From the NCBI GenBank assembly GCA_964016885.1, contig OZ024752.1, forward strand, positions 29,698,001-29,762,000: a DNA stretch of 64,000 bases, written 5' to 3'. The notes beneath the pieces were generated by a model. That model ran no database searches. It had not been told where the DNA came from and saw nothing but the letters and a program-made list of their open reading frames with translations. Source of the stretch: Eledone cirrhosa (Eukaryota). Each line of letters starts with the position of its first letter. Positions within the stretch are counted from its first letter, which is position 1. Of this stretch, positions 1-13,533 are shown piece after piece. Both the position numbers and the translations under genes were made by a program.

Positions 1-642
1 ATAGGAAGTAACTCCAAAATGGAGTGTACAGGGGCCATAGGAAGTAACTCCAAAATGGAGTGTACAGGGGCCATAGAAAGTAACTCCAAAATGGAGTGTA
101 CAGGGGCCATAGGAAGTAACTCCAAAATGGAGTGTACAGGGGCCATAGGAAGTAACTCCAAAATGGAGTGTACAGGGGCCATAGGAAGTAACTCCAAAAT
201 GGAGTGTACAGGGGCCATAGGAAGTAGCTCCAAAATGGAGTGTACAGGGGCCATAGAAAGTAACTCCAAAATGGAGTGTACAGGGGCCATAGGAAGTAAC
301 TCCAAAATGGAGTGTACAGGGGCCATAGAAAGTAACTCCAAAATGGAGTGTACAGGGGCCATAGAAAGTAACTCCAAAATGGAGTGTACAGGGGCCATAG
401 AAAGTAGCTCCAAAATGGAGTGTGCAGGGGCCATAGGAAGTAACTCCAAAATGGAGTGTACAGGGGCCATAGGAAGTAGCTCCAAAATGGAGTGTACAGG
501 GGCCATAGGAAGTAACTCCAAAATGGAGTGTACAGGGGCCATAGGAAGTAACTCCAAAATGGAGTGTACAGGGGCCATAGGAAGTAGTTCCAAAATGGAG
601 TGTGCAGGGGCCATAGAAAGTAACTCCAAAATGGAGTGTGCA
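1..642. repeat. 36-bp tandem minisatellite (~18 copies, truncated by window start)
   Basis: Unit ATAGGAAGTAACTCCAAAATGGAGTGTACAGGGGCC with few variants; internal hairpin ACTCCA-AAA-TGGAGT; 36 = 3x12 explains the MECTGAIGSNSK ORF. Confidence 0.95.
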
Positions 643-789
643 AGTAAGATGAAGTTATCTGACAAGTCTAGCCTCTCTATGTGACAAACTGTCTAACCCA
701 TCACAGGAATTAGAAATAGATATTAAACAGTGATGATGATGATGATGATGATGGTATATACATCCATCAACATTAATCTGGAATCACAT

Positions 790-957
790 CCTCACACATT
801 TCTGTAACTAGAGAAAGAGAGAGAGAGAAAGAGTTAGATGGATAGAGAGAGAGAGAGAATAGAGAGAGGAGAAAGTGAAATAGATAGATAGGGATAGAGA
901 GATAGATAGATATATATAGAGAGAGAGGTAGAGAGAGAGAGGTAGAGAGAGAGAGAC
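790..957. repeat. (GA)n/(GATA)n microsatellite
   Basis: Directly visible. Confidence 0.9.
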
Positions 958-1522
958 TTAAGTTCAGCATAACAAGCTATTTTATAAAATTAGATATCGT
1001 GCCTACTTCATTTTATCGGTTATTTGGTATACTTTTATATAGATTTTTTTTAAATAACTTTTATTTTAATTTTTATTCCCCATCTTTTGGTTGTGGATAT
1101 GTTTATCTTAAAGTAACAGAAATATTAGTGGAAAATATCGACAATAAAAATATATCTGCAATCATTAATGAAAGTTAATACAGAGATGATGTTTTAGTTT
1201 TTTCCCCTCGTTCCATAGAAAACTTCAGTCTGTAGTGAAATTAGATCAATTTTCTGTCAACATTAGCAAATTCTATTTGATACTGCACCAAGAAAATTAC
1301 TATTTAAAGGTGTTACTAACATAATACTTGAGATGTTGCTATAGCACTGTTTAATGAAGTCTTTATAAGCCAATGTAAACAGACCGAATCATCAATAATT
1401 GGACTGGCAAAAAAAGATAATAAAATATATTATGGATAAATTATGAAGAGAAAGGATTAAATATAAACTGCATCAGCCATTTCAATGGGGTGGGATGTGG
1501 GTGGATGGAAGTAACTGCCTGC

Positions 1523-1631
1523 TCATCATCATCATCATCATCATCATTTTACGTCAGCTTTTCCCTGCTTGCAAGGGTGGGACGGGAACTGATTCTGGCT
1601 TGATTTCTACAGCTGGATGCCCTTCCTAACC
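1523..1631 (-). mobile_element. 3' tail fragment of SINE family B (RTE-like tail)
   Basis: (CAT)n+TTTTACGTC...CAAGGGTGGGACGGGAACTGATTCTGG...GGATGCCCTTCCTAAC, as in the fuller copies at 28095 and 50903. Confidence 0.8.
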
Positions 1632-1782
1632 CTTTATTTTTTTTTCAGGGGTCTCTGAGATTAGTGTGAGGAAATAAGGAAGTTATCCTTAAGTTGGAGA
1701 TCTAGCTCAAATTTTTGCAACAGAGGGATCTCTGCTAAAGGCCCTTAAGGATCAAGTAGGGATGTTAAACCAACAACTAGAT

Positions 1783-1985
1783 TATGAAGGTCGACTGAAA
1801 AGTTCATAGGCTGACCAATATACTCTCATGGAATGAGCAAATGAGGTTTATTTTTCTACATAGTCCCCGGAAAGAAACCATGCAGTTATTAATAAGAAAG
1901 AGTTGAAATTAATGCATGCTAGATTTCCCAGCTCTAACATCACCCCTTCATAGTCAACCTATGAACTTTTCAGACAATCCTCATA
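1783..1985. mobile_element. mariner/Tc1-type MITE (~200 bp)
   Basis: Imperfect ~33-bp TIRs TATGAAGGTCGACTGAAAAGTTCATAGGCTGAC / GTCAACCTATGAACTTTTCAGACAATCCTCATA with terminal TA; related TIR remnant near 50668-50700. Confidence 0.75.
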
Positions 1986-3159
1986 AGTCTACCACCCAAG
2001 AACATGGAACACCAGGAGCTGGAAGAAATAGTGCAAGGGATCTCATCTAACATTCCCCAAATTCTCTCAACCCAATCACCTTGGAATGATCAGTACTTTA
2101 TTCCTATCATCTCTAAAAGAAGATGAACGGCAAAGTTGACCTGGTTCGATGTGAACCTAGAACACAGAGAACTAAAAACAAATGTCTCAAATCATTTTAT
2201 CTTATGTTCTAACGATTCTCTTGATTTGACACATATGTTTGGGAAGAAGACATAAAATACTGAAGTGTATATTGGAGTGTATTTAAAAGACATTATTCGG
2301 TTTGTCTCTGCTTAAATAACTGCCTCATTTCATGACAAAATTAAATAAAACGTAAAGAGAAAATGGAGTTTGTAAAAGTTAAAGAGAACACGTAAAATGA
2401 CAACATACATACATATATACATACAATTTATTGTCATTTTACATGTCTTCTCTACTTTTACAAGACACACACACACATATATATATATATATAAAGAGAG
2501 AAAGCGAGAGAAAGGGGGAGACTTGTATGTTTCTATAGATAGATTAGACTGAAATAACATGAGGATGATATACTGAACATGGAATGTAAGCTTACATGGT
2601 TTGTTTGTATTGAGAAGTTAGCCAGAAATATGGCACAATGTAGGTATAAAAATATTACTGAAACTTTAACCCTCTCTTCAGTCTCTCCATAAAACAGTAA
2701 CATGAGTTACTTAGAATTTACAGCTAGTTTTCAGATTTTCTTCCAGACTCCCAATCACACTGAGATAGTTGATATGAAGAATTTTATCTATTCAAGAGAG
2801 ATGTACAAGCAATTGGTTCAGTCATTTGGTGAATGTTTGGCATTTTATATAGAGGTCTTACTCAAATTATATGCAATCCACATAGGCTCTCATGCTTTCA
2901 CTACTTATAGCCACACCTTACACCTTCACTGGACCCATTCCTATGCCTGGCATTCCCCACATAAGTTGAATGCTTATGTGGGGAAAAAAAGAAGAAAAAT
3001 CAACGAATTTCTATGGTTGTTAATTAAGATCACAAATACTCCCATTTAAAAATTAATTGATGTGTGATGAGAAATTCAACAAAAATTTGAATATTTTTTC
3101 ACATAAAATATTTAGGTTTATCACTTTATAATGTCTACATACTTATCATACAGGGTGAG

Positions 3160-3191
<32 letters not shown>

Positions 3192-3838
3192 AGATGAACA
3201 AAACGTCTTTCCTTGATTATAAATCACAAAAAAAAAAAAAAAAAAAAAATAAGCTTTTCGTTTCATAGATGCCATTTTTTAACTGAAAATTACAAGTACT
3301 TCTTGTAGAAGAGAAAATGTAAAACATGTTCAGAAAAACTTTAAACTTTAAATTTATAAATTAAAACAATGAAAAATAAAATCTCAAATATATTATCTGA
3401 GATATGGTATTTTATAATCAGGGCTAGATTGTATTTTATTTTACAACATTTTGTGGAATTAGTTGAATGATTCTTAAAGATGCAGTATGTGAGGAAGATA
3501 TATATTTTATACTTTATCTTAAAGAATGCAGAAACAGCCAACTTATTTGGTATTCTGTTATATTATTGATAATTTTTTATTATTTAAACAGTTAATAGTT
3601 TCTATTCCTTAGCAGATTGGTCAGAAATTCAGATCCTGCTTAGACTTTCCGTCATTTGACTGGCTTACTGAAAATAGACTTTTTCAATGCGCTATGAATA
3701 CATTTCAACATTCATGAAATCTCCGGGGAAACAGAATTTACAGATTTCCTCTTCTTATAGCAAACCAGATGTCAATTAGAAAATGTGTAATCTGTTATAT
3801 ATTCCAATAAATGCTAGATAATAGAAATAAGTAAAAAA

Positions 3839-3839
<1 letters not shown>

Positions 3840-3891
<52 letters not shown>

Positions 3892-4355
3892 TATATACAC
3901 ACATACACACACAAACACACATATTTGTGTGTGTATATATATATATATATACACACACACCCATATATGTATATCTATATATACACACATTTACATATAC
4001 ACATATACATATACACATTTATATACATATGGGACAACTCCCGTCTAACCCATGCTAGCGTGGAAAATGGACGTTAAATGAAGATGATGATGATGATATA
4101 TATATATGCATACACAAACATATATATATATGTATGTATACGGATATACATATATATATACACATATATACACACACACATATATAAATATATATATATA
4201 TATGTATACACACACATATATATATGTATATATACAGATATACATATATACAATTATATATATATATATATATTGTATATATATATACATAAATATATAT
4301 ATATAGATAAAAAGACACACACACACACACATATATATATACACATAAATATACA
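3840..4355. repeat. (TA)n/(CA)n compound microsatellite with an embedded RTE 3' terminus (~4030-4096)
   Basis: Directly visible; CCCATGCTAGCGTGGAAAATGGACGTTAAATGAAGATGATG tail. Confidence 0.85.
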
Positions 4356-4783
4356 TGATAGCTGTATAACAAAGTGCAGGGCAATAAAGATAGACGGTAG
4401 CCACGGAATAGGCAGACCTAGAAAAACCTGGGACGAGCTGATAAACTCCGACCTCACACACTTACACCTCTCCAAGACAATGTCACTGGACCGAGACCTT
4501 TGGCGGTACTCAGTAACAGAGAAGACCCGCCTTACCTAAATACATAGTAAAACCTACTACAGCCAGTAGGCATCTCTAACAAAATACCCCCCCCCCCCAT
4601 CCACACCACCCCGTTCTATGTAAAGTTATGTTGGTGCCGCGCCATCCAGGCCGAAACAAATGAGATCATGTAGGTGTCACGACAAAAAAACACACAGTCC
4701 ACGCTGTAATGTGGCCGTGTAGGCAACACGGTAAAAACCTCCCAGTTCCACACTGTAAATGTGGTTGGTGTTGGGAAGGGCAT
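4355..4783 (+). mobile_element. RTE LINE 3' fragment
   Basis: Encodes [33 protein letters not shown]...DRDLWR (GRPRKTW motif typical of RTE C-termini) plus the family 3'UTR. Confidence 0.9.
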
Positions 4784-5059
4784 TTGTTTTTTCTCATACG
4801 TATATGAGTTAAAAGCTTTGGTATTTTCATGATAATATTTTATTATTGTAAAAATATCCTGTGATAAGTGGCAGTGGATTATCATAACTGATTCATCTTG
4901 ATTAGATTTCTGACAGAAAATAAATAAAATATTAAAATACATAAAAACTAGTTTTGTTAATCATTCATTTGTCCTTGTTAACTCCTTAGTATACATAGCA
5001 GCTACAGTAGTCATGCTTCTTTAATGTGTAAAGATTGTTAGTTGAAAAAAGGAAGAGAG

Positions 5060-5760
5060 TTAACCCCATAGCATTTAAACTGGCCGTATCTGGACAGAAT
5101 TCTCTTACCTCTTTCTGTTCAAACCAGCTGTAACTTGCTGCTCACACTGATGTTAACCCTTTAGTATTTAAACTGGCCGTATCTGGACAGAATTCTCTTA
5201 CCGCTTTCTATTCAAACCAGCTGTAACTGGCAGCTTACACTGATGTTAACCCTTTAGCATTTAAACTGGCTGTATCCAGCCAGAATTCTCTCACCTCTTT
5301 CTGTTCAAATTGGCAGCTCACACTGATGTTAACCTTTTAGTATTTAAACAGGCTGTATCCGACCAGAATTCTCTCACCTCTTTCTGTTTAAACTGATTGT
5401 AACTGGCCACTCACACTGATGTTAACCCTTTAGCATTTAAACCGGCCAGAATTCTCTCACCTCTTTCTGTTCAAAATGACTGTAACTGGACACTCATACT
5501 GATGTTAAGGTATTATTCTCAAAATAAATAACATCAAAATTTCATAAATTTGATATTATACAAGATAATTATGTGTGGTAAAGCCTTTACCATGAAAATA
5601 TAATAGTGTATATAGAGTAATGTAAATGGTAAAGGGTTAAAGTATTATTCTCAAAATATATAATATCAAAATCTCGTAGATTCGATAGTATGTGAGATAA
5701 TTATGTAAGATAAAGCCTTTATCACAAAAATACAATAGAGTAATGTAAATGCTGAAGAGT
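5060..5760. mobile_element. piggyBac-type MITE with tandemly amplified left end
   Basis: TTAACCC(T/C)..AGCATTTAAAC left end repeated 5 times (~5060, 5152, 5246, 5329, 5422); right end GTAAATGGTAAAGGGTTAA at 5640; partial second right end to ~5760. Confidence 0.75.
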
Positions 5761-6649
5761 TGTTTTGATGATGTAGTAGTGTTTGTGACTATAATAATTT
5801 TAATTAGGTTTTATTCACAGAAATACAGTAAAGAGGAGTGGTTTTTCCCTGCTTCACTAGCAATACTGTTTGTTATACCAATTCTCTTACAGTGGCTCCC
5901 CACCCTTACCAATGTTGTTGTTCTTGTTAGCATCATTATAGTTGCTGATATTAACGGAAATATTATTGGAGAATAAAAAAATGCCAATAAAGAAATTATT
6001 ATCATTATTATTATTTGAATTATTAAAAAATAACAAAACAATTATCATTATCCAACTTTACCTTGAGATCTAAGCCTTTCCTAAACATCACTGCCACCCC
6101 ACCTCTCATTATTATTATTATTATAATTACTATTATTGTTATTGTTATTATTATTGTTATTGTCTATTAAGAATATTGATAATCGCTGGACAATGAAGTG
6201 ATATTTATTCGTGTAATAACAAATAGGTTTGTGTTATGCATTTAAATTGTTGTTCAAATGGATCTAGATAGAGTTATTGATTTTATGGCTATCTACTTAC
6301 TCTTGGTTCTTTATTGGGTGTTTTACATTCTACCGGTGGTTAGCTTTTGGCAATATATATTAGAAGCAATAATAAAAATCAATGCTATAAATATTGCTGA
6401 CTGTTTCCAAACACACTGAATTGATATTTTTAAAGGATACTCTTAAACCGGCTAAGTGCCATGAACTAATAACTAGCTCAGAACTATGTTTAATATTTTA
6501 TTAACATAATGGTACATAACATAATCTTTCAATAGATTAGATCAACATTCTATAACAACTCATGATAAATACACATTATATTAACACAGAATACTATACA
6601 CTTTACACATTTCACACTGTGTTATATATCAACACATATTATATTAACA

Positions 6650-6825
6650 CTTGGCAGTACCGGTAAAGGGTTGGACATGCTTTCCAGCATAGTTACGTCC
6701 CTTTACGTTCTGAGTTCAAATCCCGCCGAGGTTAAATTTGCCTTTCATCCTTACGGGGTCGATAAAATAAAGTACCAGTAATGTACTGGGTTATGGCTGG
6801 CCTTGTGCCAAAAGTAGAAACAATT
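6650..6825 (+). mobile_element. tRNA-derived SINE family A
   Basis: A-box-like TGGCAGTACCGG, B-box GAGTTCAAATCCC, conserved core GCCTTTCATCCTTACGGGGTCGATAAAATAAAGTACCAG, end AAAGTAGAAACAA. Confidence 0.9.
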
Positions 6826-7097
6826 ATATTAACACAGTATACACTACATACCATGTTATAATATATATCAACACATATATTAACACAGTATACACTACAC
6901 ACTGTGTTAAAATATATATCAACACACATTAAATAAACACACCATACTATACACACTAAACAATACACATTACACACAAGACACCACATAATACTAACTA
7001 CATACTATATATGAATATATATATATATATAAATGACATAAATCAGGAAGAAGCATATAATTATATATGCATACATATATATATATACACACATACG

Positions 7098-7152
<55 letters not shown>

Positions 7153-7241
7153 TAAAGTAAATACCAAATACGTTTTTACGTTAAATGTTCATTTACAAAC
7201 GTTTAAATTTTTTTATATTGGTTTTATAAAAAACGATTTTT

Positions 7242-7269
<28 letters not shown>

Positions 7270-7278
<9 letters not shown>

Positions 7279-8226
7279 GTGGACAGCTTCTGTTACCTGG
7301 GTGACAAAATCAGCAGTGGGGGAGGGTGCTCTGAAAGTACAGTAGCTAGAGTCAGAACTGGATGGAAAAAGTTCAGAGAGCTTATACCACTATTAGCCGC
7401 TAAAGGGTTCTCCCTAAAAATGAAAGGCAGGTTGTATGATGCCTGCATACGAACAGCAATGTTGCATGGCAGTGAGACCTGGGCATTGTGTGCAGAGGAT
7501 ATACGCAGACTAGAGAGGAACGAAGCTTGCATGCTCCGCTGGATGTGTAATAGTAATATACGTGAACGGCAAAGCATTTACGAACTAAGGGAAAAATTAG
7601 AAATAAGAGGGATCAGATGTTGTTTACTCGAGAGAAGGCTACGTTGGTATGGTCACGTGATGCGCATGAAAGACGACAGCTGTATAAAAAAATGCAGGGC
7701 AATAAAAATAGACCCAGAAAAACCTGGGACGACTTGATAAATTCCGACCTCACACACTTACACCTCTCCAAGACAATGTCACTGGACCGAGATCTTTGGC
7801 GGTACTCAGTAATAGAGAAGACCCGCCTTACCTAAATACAAAGTAAAACCTACTACAGTCAGTAGGCACCTCTCACAAAATACACCCCGTCCCACTACTC
7901 ACACCCCATCCACATCGCCCTTTCGATGTAAAGTTATGTTGGTGCCACAACATCCAGGCCGAAACAAATGAGGTGGTGTAGGTGTCACGACAAAAAAAAC
8001 ACACAGTCCACGCTGTAATGTGGCCGTGTAGGTAACACGGTAAAAACCTCCCAGTTCCACACTGTAAATGTGGTTGGTGTGAGGAAGGGCATCCAGCCGT
8101 AGAAAACCCGCCAGACAGTCATATGCGAGCAAGACAACCACTCTTGCTCAAGTGGGAAAACCCCGTCCAAACCCATGCAAGCGTGGAATACGGACATTAA
8201 ACGATGATGATGATGATGATGATGAT
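7270..8226 (+). mobile_element. RTE LINE 3' fragment (post-RT region + 3'UTR + (GAT)n tail)
   Basis: DSFCYLGDKISSGGG...[18 protein letters not shown]...[12 protein letters not shown]; small deletion/frameshift before RPRKTW; (GAT)n tail. Confidence 0.92.
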
Positions 8227-8391
8227 ATATATATATATGTATGAAAAAGAAATCGTTTTTTACAAAACCAATATAAAAAATTGAAATGTTTGTAAATGAA
8301 CATTTAACGTAAAAACGTATTTCGTATTTACTTTAATGTATCATCATCATCATCATTTAACGTCCATGTTCCACGCTTGCATGGGTTTGGA

Positions 8392-8460
<69 letters not shown>

Positions 8461-8497
8461 TATATATACACACAGACACACATATATATATATATAT

Positions 8498-8826
8498 ATC
8501 ATCATCATCATTTTACGTCCGCTTTTCCCTGCTTGCAAGGGTGGGACGGGAACTGATTCTGGCTTGATTTCTACAGCTGGATACCCTTCCTAACACAAAA
8601 AAAATTTACAGTGTGGGCTGGGTGCTTTTTTGCCGTGGCACCTCCACGACCACTTTGCAGTGGAATGATAGGTACTCCAGTCCTACCAGTCCTATCATCT
8701 CATTTCTACAGCTGAGTAAACTGGAGCAATGTGAAATAAAGTGTTTTGCTCAAGAACACAACACATCACCCGGTCTGAGAATTGAACTCACAACCTTTCG
8801 ATTGCAAGGCAAATGCTCTAACCACT
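8498..8826 (-). mobile_element. tRNA-derived SINE family B
   Basis: Reverse strand reads AGTGGTTAGAGCA...GGTTGTGAGTTCAATTC...CTTGAGCAAAACACTT; ends in RTE-like tail with (GAT)n. Confidence 0.85.
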
Positions 8827-9076
8827 ATCGAAAGGTTGTGAGTTCAATATATATATATATATACACACACAGACCAAAATCTGAAGAGGGCTCAATAAGG
8901 ATTGTCTGTATATATAAAAGTATATATAAACCCATAGAGCAAATATTTATTATTAGTACAGATTAAAGTTTAATCTCTGTGTGTGCATGTGTGTGTGTGT
9001 GTGTGCATGTGTGTGTGTGTGTGTGTGTGTGATTGTCACCCAAGAATGAGAACTCAATTGAATTGGTACAGACATA

Positions 9077-9440
9077 TAATTGTTTCTACTTTAGGCACAA
9101 GGCCAGCAATTATCCAGTACATTACTGGTACATTATTTTATCGACCCCTTAAGGATGAAAGGCAAAGTTAACCTCTGCGGGATTTGAACTGAGAACATAA
9201 AGGGGCATGTAAGTACATGATGACCAGTAGTTGAAGAAGTACCAGGACTTCCAAATGGAAAGAAACCATGGAAGAGGATGACCAAGAAAGAAGTGGACAA
9301 AGATGGTGAAAGCAGAGCTTAAGAAAACTGAAGGTGAAAAGAAAAGAAAAGTAGAGAGAGGCTGTACTGGAGTTGACTTGTCTGCCTTATGTGAGGAGCA
9401 TGGAAGATGGACAAACGACGATGATGATGATGATAATGAG
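9077..9440. mobile_element. SINE A fragment (minus, ~9077-9208) abutting a degenerate RTE 3' end (plus, ~9210-9440)
   Basis: SINE A core reverse complement; then G*PRKKWTKMVK-like codons and GCATGGAAGATGGAC...(GAT)n. Confidence 0.7.
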
Positions 9441-9639
9441 AAATATGTATACAACAGACATTAACTGATGATGATGACACACATACACATACATATATAC
9501 ACATAAACACATACATACACACACACACACACAAATATAACCTTTATTCAAAGCTGGATAAATGTTATTCTATTTTACTTAACAGTATTGGATAGTTTTT
9601 CCACTCCACTGCAATTTAGATCAGTATGAACCCATAATC

Positions 9640-9697
<58 letters not shown>

Positions 9698-9721
9698 TGT
9701 CCATCATGTATAAACATATAC

Positions 9722-9761
<40 letters not shown>

Positions 9762-9776
9762 TGTCCATCATGTATA

Positions 9777-9822
<46 letters not shown>

Positions 9823-9975
9823 CACATATTGTCCATCATGTATACATATATACATATATACATATATATATATACATATATATATATATACACATATTGT
9901 CCATCTTGTATACACATATACACATATATATATATATATATATACACATATTGTCCATCATGTATACACATATAC

Positions 9976-10008
<33 letters not shown>

Positions 10009-10035
10009 CACATATTGTCCATCATGTATACATAT

Positions 10036-10082
<47 letters not shown>

Positions 10083-10167
10083 CACATATTGTCCATCTTG
10101 TATACACATATACACATATATATATATATATATATACACATATTGTCCATCATGTATACACATATAC

Positions 10168-10198
<31 letters not shown>

Positions 10199-10229
10199 CA
10201 CATATTGTCCATCATGTATACATATATAC

Positions 10230-10260
<31 letters not shown>

Positions 10261-10613
10261 CACATATTGTCCATCTTGTATACACATATACACATATATA
10301 TATATATATATACATATTGTCCATCATGTATACACATATACACACACATATATATATATATAATATACACATATTGTCCATCATGTATACACATATATAT
10401 ATATATATACATATATATGTATATACGCATATTGTCCATCTTGTATACACATATACATATATATAGATTTTGAGTTTATGTTGGTTGTATACCAACACCT
10501 CAGTATGCAGGCTGGAGCACTCGATGAAGTGTGCAGGTTGGTTTGGTTACTCCGGAGTAGTGTAAAATAAAGTTAAATAAAAGTCAAATGATTAAAATTT
10601 AGCTTCGTTTATT

Positions 10614-10668
10614 ACTGCTATATATATTTCAGTGACAGCCATCTTTGGCTGTGACCTCTTCAGGCAGT
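10614..10668 (-). ncRNA. Minimal type I hammerhead ribozyme (inverted copy)
   Basis: Reverse complement ACTGC CTGAAGA GGTCACAGCC aaagat GGCTGTCACT GAAA TATATA TA GCAGT; one stem II mismatch. Confidence 0.8.
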
Positions 10669-10811
10669 TTGAATTAGTATGGTATAGACAAGTCATATGA
10701 CTCCAGTTCCCCAGTGAATTAACAACCCAACAAGGAACTGGGCATATCAGAGTATTGACAATATCATACACCTAAACAACATATGTACTTGTCTATACCA
10801 TACTAATTCAA

Positions 10812-10866
10812 ACTGCCTGAAGAGGTGACAGCCAAAGATGGCTGTCACTGAAATATATATAGCAGT
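10812..10866 (+). ncRNA. Minimal type I hammerhead ribozyme
   Basis: Stem I ACTGC/GCAGT; core CTGAAGA; stem II GGTGACAGCC-aaagat-GGCTGTCACT; GAAA; palindromic TATATA; UA site, predicted cleavage after 10861. Confidence 0.85.
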
Positions 10867-11060
10867 AATAAACAAAGCTAAATTTTAATCATTTGACTTT
10901 TATTTAACTTTATTATACATATATATATATATATATACACATTGTCCATCATGTATACACATATACATATATATATATATATATACACATTGTCCATCAT
11001 GTATACATATATACATATATATATATATATACACATATTGTCCATCTTGTATACACATAT

Positions 11061-11091
<31 letters not shown>

Positions 11092-11158
11092 CACATTGTC
11101 CATCATGTATACACATATACATATATATATATATACACATTGTCCATCATGTATACAC

Positions 11159-11202
<44 letters not shown>

Positions 11203-11364
11203 TGTCCATCATGTATACACATATACATATATATATATATATACACACACATTGTTCATCATGTATACACATATACATATATATATATACACATATATAT
11301 ATCAATATATATACACATTGTCCATCATGTAGACATATATACATATATATATATATACATATAT

Positions 11365-12388
11365 AACTTTGAACTTTGAATAACTTTGAAATGTTTTGGC
11401 CAGTATTGGCCCAGGCCATGTCTAACTTAATAGCACCACCTGGCGAAGGCTTTCAATTCAGGATTTGGGCACCATGGCCCATTCGAGAAGAGAATTACTG
11501 TTTGCGGAGACATATCCGGGTGTGGGTGGTTTGTCCGGGATTACTTGGAGGAATTTGTCCAAAGACTTCTTGAATTTTGTGTGGTCAGTTTCTGTTTTGA
11601 CGTGTCCTGGTGTGATGTTGAAGAGAGCAGGGCCGATTGAGGTGAAATAATTGTGCCGTATTGTTGTTATGAGTTGCGATTTAGATTTTTGAATGGGACG
11701 GATAGCACGGGGCCCAAGCCTTGGGTGTATCTTGAAGGCGATGCCAACATCATTTGGGCAGTGATGATGGAACATTTTCCACATCATGCAGATAATATAA
11801 CGCTCACGGCGACGTTGGAGTGAGTAAAGTTTCAGGTTTTCTAATCGACCCCAGTAGTCAAGGTCTGACATGCCATCTATCTTTTTCGTGATTGCCCTTT
11901 GAGGAGCTTCAAGTTTCATGATACTTTGTTTCGTGTGGGGAGACCACAGTGGACAACAGTATTCAAGGTGTGGTCGGGCGAAAGTAGAGAAGAGAAGGAT
12001 AATGGTGCGGGAATCTCTCGACTGGAAGGTTCTGAGGATCCAGGAACACATTCTGCGGGCCATGTCAACTTTGCTGCTTATATGCGTGGTCCAGCTTATG
12101 TTGCTGTCCACGGTTACTCCCAAGTCTCTGATGTTGTTAGATGCCACGAGAGTTTCCCCGGAGGGAAGGGAGTACGGGAGTTTCAGAGCATCCTCTTTTC
12201 CAAAGTGGATCAGTTCGAATTTGTCTTCGTTCAGTAACATGTTGTTCTTTTCTGCCCATTGGGTAACAGCCAGTAGGTCTGACTGAAGGCTTATCCGGTC
12301 ATCCACGCCATTGATGACCTTTTGGAGCTTGGAATCATCAGCGAAAATTTTAATGTTGCTGTGTTTGATGATGTCAGTGATGTCATTA
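11365..12388 (-). mobile_element. 5'-truncated CR1/L2-like non-LTR retrotransposon, RT C-terminal half (ORF ends 11458)
   Basis: Uninterrupted ~310 codons with [40 protein letters not shown]; 3' tail of TTCAAAG repeats. Confidence 0.9.
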
Positions 12389-12468
12389 ATATATACATAT
12401 ATATACACATATTGTCCATCATGTATACACATATACATATATATATATATACACATTGTCCATCATGT

Positions 12469-12499
<31 letters not shown>

Positions 12500-12652
12500 T
12501 ACATATATATATACACATATTGTCCATCATGTATACACATATACACACATATATATATATATATACACACATATTGTCCATCATGTATACACATATACAG
12601 ATATATATATACATATATATATATATACACATATTGTCCATCATGTATACAC

Positions 12653-12694
<42 letters not shown>

Positions 12695-12942
12695 TGTCCA
12701 TCATGTATACACATATACATATATATATATACATATATATATATATACACATATTGTCCATCATGTATACACATATACATATATATACATATAAATATGT
12801 ATATATATACACATATTGTCCATCATGTATACACATATACACATATATATATATATACATTGTCCATCATGTATACACATATACATATATATATATACAT
12901 ATATATATATATACACATATTGTCCATCTTGTATACACATAT

Positions 12943-12980
<38 letters not shown>

Positions 12981-12998
12981 TTTCCATCATGTATACAC

Positions 12999-13069
<71 letters not shown>

Positions 13070-13212
13070 CACATATTGTCCATCTTGTGTACACATATAC
13101 ACATATATATATATATATATACACATATTGTCCATCATGTATACACATATACATATATATATATATACATATATGTATATATACACATATTGTCCATCAT
13201 GTATACACATAT

Positions 13213-13274
<62 letters not shown>

Positions 13275-13500
13275 TGTCCATCTTGTATACACATATACAC
13301 ATATATATATATACACATATTGTCCATCATGTATACACATATACACATATATATATATACACATATTGTCCATCATGTATGCACATATACATATATATAT
13401 ACACATATATATATATATATATTGTCCATCTTGTATACACATATACACATATATATATACACATATTGTCCATCATGTGTACACATATACATATATATAT

Positions 13501-13533
<33 letters not shown>

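Larger units (their letters stand above)
10561..10919. mobile_element. Fold-back element with ~140-bp inverted arms, each carrying a hammerhead motif (probably PLE pLTR-derived)
   Basis: 10561-10699 is a near-perfect reverse complement of 10780-10919. Confidence 0.8.
9640..13500. repeat. Minisatellite: constant core ACATATTGTCCATC(A/T)TGTATACACATATAC separated by variable (TA)n; interrupted by insertions; resumes at 14386-14520
   Basis: Core recurs dozens of times in 9690-10466, 10935-11340, 12390-13500 and 14390-14480. Confidence 0.92.
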
